Positions 1-5,700 of a DNA stretch of 6,834 nt are shown piece after piece (positions within the stretch are counted from its first letter, which is position 1; every line of letters begins with the position of its first letter). The stretch lies in UHGV virus genome UHGV-1443059; one strand, written 5' to 3'. Origin of the DNA: a virus. The notes under the pieces were generated by a model, which saw only the letters and a list, made by a program, of their open reading frames with translations, was not told the origin of the DNA and made no database searches. A program made the position numbers and the translations under genes.

Positions 1-650
1 ACTATGATCGGCATCGCTCAGTCCGGTTGGTGATTTTGGTTGGTTTGGCGATTGATCAGATCGCACAATCCGGGCTGAGTTCCCTTTCAGTGATCTACTA
101 TTCCGCGCAGCTATTTAGTGGTTCCAGTCTTTCTAAAGGTGATATTCAGTCTGCGATCGAAGGTGCTTCACCCAAAATAGCCAGCGATATTCATGATAAA
201 TTAACGGAGAAAGACACTTCATCAGATGATAAAAAAAATGCCGATGAACAAACCAGGAATAATATAAATCGTCTTGACGATTCCATTAACAATCTTACGC
301 GGGGGGCTGGCCGTTTTGCTGACCCTTCAGGTGGTGATTCTCGTTATGGAAAGGGCGACTCTGAATTAGATGGCGCTTCTACTTTAGCTGATTCTGAATT
401 GGGAATTGAAAAGGATTCTCACGGTGCTTTATGGGAAGCATTTTTAAATAAAGGTGCTATGCTGCCTAATTTACCCAATGGTAACGGCTGCTCTGATTTT
501 ATTATTTTTCCCGGAGAGGTTTATCAGATTGATATTGGTTGCGATAAATTACTGACTATTAAAGATGTTCTTTCATGGGTTTTTTATTGCCTTACGTTCT
601 GGTATGTCTTTACTTCTTTAACTTCATTGCTTCGCAAAGGGGGTGAGTGA
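1..650 (+). CDS. gIII: Gene III minor coat/adsorption protein pIII, C-terminal part only (5' end lies outside the window; reading frame starts at nt 3; stop TGA 648-650)
   Basis: Frame 3 is open from the window edge, so the TTG at 27 in the ORF track is not the real start. The C-terminal ~170 aa align in pattern with the M13 pIII CT domain: paired Cys (GCSDF...IDIGCDK vs M13 ECRPF...SIDCDK) and a C-terminal hydrophobic anchor ending in basic residues (VFYCLTFWYVFTSLTSLLRKGGE vs FAFLLYVATFMYVFSTFANILRNKES). Position directly upstream of gene VI matches Ff gene order. Confidence 0.85.
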   Translation, partial: YDRHRSVRLVILVGLAIDQIAQSGLSSLSVIYYSAQLFSGSSLSKGDIQSAIEGASPKIASDIHDKLTEKDTSSDDKKNADEQTRNNINRLDDSINNLTRGAGRFADPSGGDSRYGKGDSELDGASTLADSELGIEKDSHGALWEAFLNKGAMLPNLPNGNGCSDFIIFPGEVYQIDIGCDKLLTIKDVLSWVFYCLTFWYVFTSLTSLLRKGGE

Positions 651-991
651 TGCCTTTATTATTAGGTATTCCTGCATTGTTGCGTTTTCTTATTGGTCTT
701 GTTCCTTTGTTTATTGGCTATGTGGCGAGTTTTTTAGCTCGACTTGCTACCAGAACAGGATTAATCGCCTTTGCATTGGTCGCATTAATTACAACAACTG
801 TTACGCTTTTAATGCAGTACCTTGCTGAGGTCATGTACAACGGTTTACCTGCTGATTTCTCCCATTTAATGGCGTCTGTACTGCCTGACCATTTTCAGGC
901 GTGTGTTAACGTTATTATGGTTACTCGTATCAGTGTTTTTGTTTTCGATTTAAAACAAAAATTTCTTGATTATGCAAACAGGGTGATTTAA
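650..991 (+). CDS. gVI: Gene VI minor coat protein pVI (113 aa)
   Basis: N-terminus MPLLLGIPALLRFL matches M13 pVI MPVLLGIPLLLRFL; C-terminal FVFDLKQK matches M13 FIFDVKQK; size matches (M13 112 aa). ATG 650 overlaps the gene III stop (TGATG); G-rich SD aaggggg just upstream. ATG 650 preferred over the GTG at 647 from the ORF track. Confidence 0.85.
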   Translation: MPLLLGIPALLRFLIGLVPLFIGYVASFLARLATRTGLIAFALVALITTTVTLLMQYLAEVMYNGLPADFSHLMASVLPDHFQACVNVIMVTRISVFVFDLKQKFLDYANRVI

Positions 992-2086
992 ATGGCGGTT
1001 TATGTAGTAACAGGCAAATTAGGCTCAGGCAAGACACTTGTTAGTGTTTCCAGAATACAGGAAAGACTTGCTAAGGGTTGTCCTGTTGCCACTAATCTTG
1101 ATCTTAAATTGCATAATATGCCTATGGTTGGGCGTTATGCGAAAAAAACGCGCGTTATTCGCATTCCTGACAAGCCTTCATTAAATGATTTACTTGCTAT
1201 TGGTATTGGGAATACATCTTACGATGAATCCCGTAATGGCCTCCTTGTACTTGATGAATGTGGTACTTGGTTTAATTCCCGCTCATGGGGTGATAAAGAC
1301 AGACAACCTGTTATTGACTGGTTTTTACATGCCAGAAAATTAGGCTGGGATATTATATTTTTGATTCAGGATATTTCGATAATGGATAAGCAAGCTCGTC
1401 TGGCGCTTGCTGAGCATGTTGTTTATTGTCGCCGTTCAGATAAATTAAACATTCCTTTTGTTGGCTCCATTATGAATTTGGTTTCAGGAGCGAGATTTTC
1501 TTTACCAAAGGTACACTTTGGCATTGTCAAATATGGTGATAATGTTAATTCAATCACTGTTGATAAATGGATATATACAGGAAAATCTCTTTATTCTGCT
1601 TACAATACCAAACAAGCGTTCACAGATAATTATCCTCATGGCGCATTTTCGCTTTTGCCACCATTTATCACGCACGGTCAATTTTCTGTTCACAGAGGAT
1701 TTAATTATTATATGCGCCTCACTAAAATTTATTTTCGCAAATCGAACCGTCTTATATTAATGCTTTCTTTTTTGGCGCTGGGGCTTGCGTTTGGTTTCTG
1801 GCTCCAGTCTGGAAAGAATGTTGATGAAATCTCAGCTATTAAATCTGCTTATGCTGAACAGGCGAGGGCGGTAACGCCTGATTCGTCCAGTGACTTACCC
1901 CGACTTTCTATTAATTCTTTTTCACAACTTGGCTTTGACGTTTCCGTTACGTTTGTTGATGCAAAAGGTATGAAATATCAGTATTTTGATTTGATTAAAG
2001 ATGGTTATTCCGTTGATATTAAAGATGCCTGTCGTGTTGTTATTAGAAAAGGCCGTTATTTACAGACTGTTACCTGTCAGGAGTAA
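992..2086 (+). CDS. gI: Gene I assembly ATPase pI (Zot-like), 364 aa
   Basis: N-terminus MAVYVVTGKLGSGKTLVSV is near-identical to M13 pI MAVYFVTGKLGSGKTLVSV; Walker A GKLGSGKT and Walker B LLVLDECG present; long blocks such as QPVIDWFLHARKLGWDIIFL are conserved with M13. Starts immediately after the gene VI TAA (989-991). Confidence 0.93.
   Translation: MAVYVVTGKLGSGKTLVSVSRIQERLAKGCPVATNLDLKLHNMPMVGRYAKKTRVIRIPDKPSLNDLLAIGIGNTSYDESRNGLLVLDECGTWFNSRSWGDKDRQPVIDWFLHARKLGWDIIFLIQDISIMDKQARLALAEHVVYCRRSDKLNIPFVGSIMNLVSGARFSLPKVHFGIVKYGDNVNSITVDKWIYTGKSLYSAYNTKQAFTDNYPHGAFSLLPPFITHGQFSVHRGFNYYMRLTKIYFRKSNRLILMLSFLALGLAFGFWLQSGKNVDEISAIKSAYAEQARAVTPDSSSDLPRLSINSFSQLGFDVSVTFVDAKGMKYQYFDLIKDGYSVDIKDACRVVIRKGRYLQTVTCQE
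1712..2086 (+). CDS. gXI: Gene XI (pXI), in-frame internal initiation within gene I giving the C-terminal 124 aa
   Basis: Internal ATG at codon 241 of gene I (MRLTKIYFRK) corresponds to M13 pXI start Met241 (MKLTKIYLKK), immediately before the predicted membrane-spanning segment LILMLSFLALGLAFGFWL. Called by homology of position; expression not demonstrable from sequence. Confidence 0.5.
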   Translation: MRLTKIYFRKSNRLILMLSFLALGLAFGFWLQSGKNVDEISAIKSAYAEQARAVTPDSSSDLPRLSINSFSQLGFDVSVTFVDAKGMKYQYFDLIKDGYSVDIKDACRVVIRKGRYLQTVTCQE

Positions 2087-2093
2087 TATTATT

Positions 2094-3359
2094 ATGCGCT
2101 CTGTTATTGTTGCTTTTTTATTTGCCTATTCATTCTGCGTTTCTGCTGAAACTGTTAATTTAAATAATTCATCTGTTCGCTCATTTGTTCAGTGGTATTC
2201 TTCAAAAACTGGCAAGCCTGTTATTGTTAATCCTGATATTAAAGGAAACGTAACCGTATTTAATGCTGATGTTAATCCAACAAATATTGATGATTTCTTT
2301 AAGTCTGTTCTGAATGCTAACGGTTTTGTCATGCTTTCTGGCAATCCTGCGGTAGTCTCTTTGCCGTCTAAATTACCTTCACAGATGGTTTCGGATTCCG
2401 ATGATTCTGATAACCAGTCTTATGATACTTTTCCTTCTGAGCCATCTTACCAGCCAGTACCTGTGGCGCTTACGGTCAGAAATTTTAAGCTGACAAAAGT
2501 TAGATCGTCCGATGTTCAGCAACTGATTAAAATTTATCTTGATTCTAATGGTGGTGGTAATGTCGTGGATTATCCAGGCAATAACTCGCTGATTGTTTCT
2601 GCGCCTGACGAGCTGCTGCCGGTTCTGTCCGATTTTATCAATTCTGTGGATGTTGCCCGCGATCAGGTTCTCATTCAGTCGCTGATGTTTGAAACCAGCT
2701 TGTCTGATGGCGTTGATTTATCGTTTGCGGCAGGTTCTGCATCCGGTCATAAGGTTGCGGGGGGCTTTAATACTTCTGCACTGGGTAGCGCTCTTTCTAC
2801 GGCGGGCGGTTCTTTTGGTATTTTTGATGGTAACGTGTTGGCGCTGTCTCTGCGTGCTGTCCAGAGTAATTCACGCTCTAAGGTGATTTCAACGCCGCGT
2901 ATTCTTACTCAGTCTGGTCAGACTGGTTACATTTCCGTAGGTAAGAATGTGCCGTTTATCACCGGAAAGGTAACGGGCGAATCTGCCGGGGTAAATAATC
3001 CGTTTCAGACTATCGAGCGTCATGATGTTGGCGTTTCTCTCAAGGTAACGCCTGTTGTCATGGGTAACGGGCAACTAGTTCTGACTATCGACACTCGCGC
3101 TGATTCAATCAGCAATGATGATCAGGCATCCGATATTATTACTAATCAGCGCCAGATTCAGACGACAGTCCAGATTAAGGATGGTCAGACGTTGTTATTG
3201 GGGGGGCTTATCGATTCATCGTTCAGCAATGCCGAGCGTTCAGTTCCAGTTATAAGTAAAATTCCTCTTATAGGCTGGATTTTCAGTAGCAAGGCAGACA
3301 GCAATGAACAGCGTATTATGTATATTTTGCTTACAGCACATATCATTCGTCCACTTTGA
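2094..3359 (+). CDS. gIV: Gene IV outer-membrane secretin pIV (421 aa precursor with signal peptide)
   Basis: Start ATG 2094 preceded by AGGAG (2079-2083); the ORF-track start at 2001 is an upstream in-frame extension overlapping gene I. Signal-peptide-like N-terminus MRSVIVAFLFAYSFCVSA|ET. Extensive similarity to M13 pIV, e.g. VTGESAGVNNPFQTIER, DGQTLLLGGL, SKIPLIGWIFSS versus M13 VTGESANVNNPFQTIER, DGQTLLLGGL, SKIPLIGLLFSS. Confidence 0.93.
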   Translation: MRSVIVAFLFAYSFCVSAETVNLNNSSVRSFVQWYSSKTGKPVIVNPDIKGNVTVFNADVNPTNIDDFFKSVLNANGFVMLSGNPAVVSLPSKLPSQMVSDSDDSDNQSYDTFPSEPSYQPVPVALTVRNFKLTKVRSSDVQQLIKIYLDSNGGGNVVDYPGNNSLIVSAPDELLPVLSDFINSVDVARDQVLIQSLMFETSLSDGVDLSFAAGSASGHKVAGGFNTSALGSALSTAGGSFGIFDGNVLALSLRAVQSNSRSKVISTPRILTQSGQTGYISVGKNVPFITGKVTGESAGVNNPFQTIERHDVGVSLKVTPVVMGNGQLVLTIDTRADSISNDDQASDIITNQRQIQTTVQIKDGQTLLLGGLIDSSFSNAERSVPVISKIPLIGWIFSSKADSNEQRIMYILLTAHIIRPL

Positions 3360-3403
3360 TGGATAGCGGGTAGGTGCGTAAGCCCTGCTCGCTATCCATC
3401 AAA
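3355..3403. repeat. Extended inverted repeat/hairpin overlapping the gene IV stop codon (14-bp perfect arms tttgatggatagcg / cgctatccatcaaa, with further inner pairing and a GTAA-containing loop)
   Basis: Arms 3355-3368 and 3390-3403 are exact reverse complements; inner pairs 3370-3374 with 3384-3388. No U-run follows, so not a canonical intrinsic terminator. By analogy with the Ff intergenic region this is where the packaging-signal hairpin sits. Confidence 0.6.
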
Positions 3404-3428
3404 TGGACATTATTGATTGGGGTAACTA

Positions 3429-3737
3429 ATGGATTCTTATGGGATTTTATCTGCTCTGGCAGAACGAACGATTACAGCGGAAGAAGCAAAAACAATGACA
3501 CTTGCAGCCAGAAGTTCTTCGGCTCAGGTAAATGAAGCATCACTTGCTCTGTTACTGATTGATAATACTCTGGATGCGATCAAAGCAGCTGCCAGTGAAG
3601 GGAAAGGATACACTTTACTTCCTTCTTATGAGATTTCTGTAAAAGCCATTGATTTAGCAGAAGAATTTTTAAGGAAACAATGCGGCTATGTTATTGATAA
3701 CCAGAATGGCGTAAGGACGGTCTATTGGTTTATATGA
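3429..3737 (+). CDS. Hypothetical protein, 102 aa (no recognisable motif; predicted soluble, helical N-terminal half)
   Basis: Intact ORF with ATG at 3429 preceded by GGGGT (3419-3423, 5-nt spacer); ends TGA 3735-3737 followed directly by TAA and a strong hairpin. Not homologous to any Ff protein I recognise. Confidence 0.5.
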   Translation: MDSYGILSALAERTITAEEAKTMTLAARSSSAQVNEASLALLLIDNTLDAIKAAASEGKGYTLLPSYEISVKAIDLAEEFLRKQCGYVIDNQNGVRTVYWFI

Positions 3738-3740
3738 TAA

Positions 3741-3810
3741 CCCCTGACAATGACAAAACTTGCTTTTGTTAGTGTCAGGGGTTGGCCAAGCCGAACAATT
3801 CTGTTTTTTT
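3741..3810 (+). terminator. Strong stem-loop (9 bp + 8 bp stem, 5-nt loop, 3741-3781) followed 22 nt later by a T7 run (3804-3810); candidate transcript end for the 102-aa ORF or a structured phage cis element
   Basis: cccctgaca at 3741-3749 pairs with tgtcagggg at 3773-3781; tgacaaaa at 3751-3758 pairs with ttttgtta at 3764-3771. The U-run is not immediately adjacent, so a terminator assignment is tentative. Confidence 0.35.
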
Positions 3811-3854
3811 AGCGTTATTGCTGATTCGGCGCGGCAGCATTACGAGGAGATAAA

Positions 3855-4088
3855 ATGCAATTTTTCACATCCAGCGATACTGTAATGTTATGTGCGAAGA
3901 CCTGCGATCGCTGTGGTCGCCATGCGAAGACGGTGGTAGATGACATTGAGTTCAATGAGTTTCTGTCTGTTAATCACTTAGCTGGATACGGTTCAATTTT
4001 TGGTGACAGTAATCGCTTAAAACTGGATTTATGCCAACATTGCCTGAAAGACGTCCTGGGCCAGTGGATTACGGTCTGTGACCAATGA
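3855..4088 (+). CDS. Small zinc-ribbon protein, 77 aa, with two CxxC pairs (C17-x2-C20 ... C60-x2-C63)
   Basis: Strong RBS GAGGAG (3844-3849) with 5-nt spacer to ATG 3855. Four Cys arranged as CDRC...CQHC, typical of a Zn-ribbon/treble-clef fold. Sits between the upstream hairpin/T-run and the dif site. Confidence 0.6.
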   Translation: MQFFTSSDTVMLCAKTCDRCGRHAKTVVDDIEFNEFLSVNHLAGYGSIFGDSNRLKLDLCQHCLKDVLGQWITVCDQ

Positions 4089-4126
4089 CGGCACCGGTAA
4101 CGCCAGTTCCCGCCATCCTTACCATT

Positions 4127-4154
4127 GGTGCGCATAATGTATATTATGTTAAAT
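4127..4154. other. dif: dif site (XerC/XerD chromosome-dimer resolution site): GGTGCGCATAA-TGTATA-TTATGTTAAAT, 28/28 identical to the E. coli chromosomal dif consensus
   Basis: Exact match read directly from the sequence to the well-known E. coli dif 28-mer (XerC arm, 6-bp central region, XerD arm). XerC arm faces the phage genes, XerD arm faces the recombinase genes. Confidence 0.9.
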
Positions 4155-4245
4155 TTAGTCCGTCGGTCATTTAGTTCATAACCGGCCACAGGATACGATT
4201 AATCATACACTTACCTACCCCTCTATCTTCTTCTTGCAGGACGTT

Positions 4246-5700
4246 ATGTTTGTCGGTTACTTTGTTCATATCCACACCATTGATAAGGTTAAGTGCCGCG
4301 TGTTCATACTTACACAACTCAATATCAACCAACGGCAGCGTTTATGGGCACTGATGGATACTCACACGCGCCAGCCGCTTTTATATCCGTTAATATATCT
4401 TATCGACCATCTTGCTTTGCGTTCATCAGCCACGCAATCCGCTTCACTTCAAGCGCTCAAGTTTTTCTATGAATTCTGGCACCAGAAACATGGTGTGACT
4501 TTTTGCTTCAGTTTCTATTCCTCGAACCACAATCCATTGATTGCCATTGATGAACTTACAGCCTTTTTTCATTATCTGGAAAATACGCATTTATATGTAC
4601 CAGCGTTAACCATAAGGTCTACTACGCAGACCACGCCTCAACGTTGTACAAATATCAGGCATGTACATTCGGTTATTCGTTTTATCAGATATTTGATTAA
4701 CACGTATATCTCGCCGAGATATATAGATGGCACGCCTAAAGAGCTTACACGACTTGCCACGCAGTTAACGGGACGTTTATCGATACATAAGGCAGAATTC
4801 CGTACTCTTACCCATTCTCGTCAGATGAACAATGGCACGACCCATAAACGCTTTCGAAGTCTGACTGCTGAGATGGTCATGGCTTTTTACCAAATCATTA
4901 CACCCGGTTCAATTTCAAAGAAAAACCCACTCAATCCCTTCCCCGCTGGTGAAATCCAGCTACGTAATTTTCTGATTTGCAGATTGCTTTTAAATTACGG
5001 ATTGCGTGTCAGTGAATTACTGCTTTTGGAGTGTCATTCGATCAAACCAAATCTCCGAGGGGATCAGTTCAGCCTGATTGTGACCACAGTAGATGACGAC
5101 GTTTCGGATCAACGAAAAAGATTGCCTTCATTAAAAAATGTTTATGCAAACCGGGTGCTGGCATTAGATAAACTGGACTTTCATTTTCTAAATATATATA
5201 TCCATAAAATCCGCCCTCAAGCCTCCCATAGTTTTCTGTTCACTTCCACCCAAAGACTACATCCGCCACTGTCATACCATGCAGTCTATGATATCTTTAC
5301 CCGTATTGATGACATTATGAGTGTGCAGTATCCTGAATATAAAAAAGATGAATATTATGATGCCATTGAAAGCATCTCGCCTCATATAACGCGGCATACT
5401 TGGGCTTATTTAACACTTCAACGTATTTATCGTGATAAACTTCAAAAAATTAAGGCCAACTCACACTTGGCAGCCATAGACTTTTCTATCGTTGGATTGA
5501 TGGATGAAGCCAAGGATGAATTACGGCTACTTGGCGGTTGGAGTCACAATAGCCATATGCCTGATCTTTACGCTAAAAGATTTCTATCTCAGCAGGCTAA
5601 TACGGCCAATCTTCAGCGAATTGTGATTGATAACGAAGCCCTGAAATCAACCTTTTCCCATGTATGCGATGAATGGAGTGCATATGAGTCGAATCAATAA
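4246..5700 (+). CDS. Tyrosine recombinase (phage-integrase family) with ~250-aa N-terminal extension; start codon uncertain (ATG 4246 chosen; TTG 4234 and ATG 4354 are alternatives)
   Basis: Catalytic-domain motifs are present in order: GLRVSEL (box I Arg, nt 5005-5007), HITRH (HxxR-H), LLGGWSH, and DLYAK (catalytic Tyr, nt 5569-5571); compare XerD GLRVSEL, HVLRH, LLGHSDL...IYTH. Confidence 0.88.
   Translation: MFVGYFVHIHTIDKVKCRVFILTQLNINQRQRLWALMDTHTRQPLLYPLIYLIDHLALRSSATQSASLQALKFFYEFWHQKHGVTFCFSFYSSNHNPLIAIDELTAFFHYLENTHLYVPALTIRSTTQTTPQRCTNIRHVHSVIRFIRYLINTYISPRYIDGTPKELTRLATQLTGRLSIHKAEFRTLTHSRQMNNGTTHKRFRSLTAEMVMAFYQIITPGSISKKNPLNPFPAGEIQLRNFLICRLLLNYGLRVSELLLLECHSIKPNLRGDQFSLIVTTVDDDVSDQRKRLPSLKNVYANRVLALDKLDFHFLNIYIHKIRPQASHSFLFTSTQRLHPPLSYHAVYDIFTRIDDIMSVQYPEYKKDEYYDAIESISPHITRHTWAYLTLQRIYRDKLQKIKANSHLAAIDFSIVGLMDEAKDELRLLGGWSHNSHMPDLYAKRFLSQQANTANLQRIVIDNEALKSTFSHVCDEWSAYESNQ

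Noticed and set aside
27-650. ORF-track start (TTG at 27) for the first ORF
   Set aside because: The frame is open back to the window edge and the product is the C-terminal domain of pIII, so the gene begins upstream of the window; 27 is not a real start.
643-828. 61-aa + strand ORF overlapping the gene III/VI junction
   Set aside because: Alternative frame inside the well-supported gene VI; Cys/Tyr-rich low-complexity translation; no homology support.
1518-1760. 80-aa + strand ORF inside gene I
   Set aside because: Out-of-frame overlap with the strongly supported gene I; no RBS or homology.
2001-2093. Upstream extension of gene IV given by the ORF track (start 2001)
   Set aside because: Overlaps the end of gene I in another frame; the homologous pIV signal peptide begins at ATG 2094, which has an AGGAG upstream.
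2689-2886. 65-aa + strand ORF within gene IV
   Set aside because: Alternative frame of the secretin gene; Arg/Leu-rich, typical of spurious frames.
2889-3074. 61-aa minus-strand ORF within gene IV
   Set aside because: Antisense to the conserved secretin gene; no supporting signals.
1-3359. M13/f1-derived cloning vector or phage-display backbone
   Set aside because: Protein sequences are clearly diverged from M13 throughout (different lengths, many substitutions), and the region is joined to a chromosomal dif site and recombinase genes rather than vector elements.
3355-3403. Hairpin after gene IV as a rho-independent terminator
   Set aside because: No U-tract follows the stem on either strand.
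4127-4154. AT-rich cataat/tattat elements interpreted as a sigma70 -10 promoter
   Set aside because: The 28 nt match the dif consensus exactly, which fully explains the AT-rich palindromic core; spacing to any -35-like hexamer is wrong.
3974-4189. 71-aa minus-strand ORF spanning the end of the zinc-ribbon gene and the dif site
   Set aside because: Overlaps a better-supported + strand ORF and runs across the dif site; basic, low-complexity translation; likely spurious.
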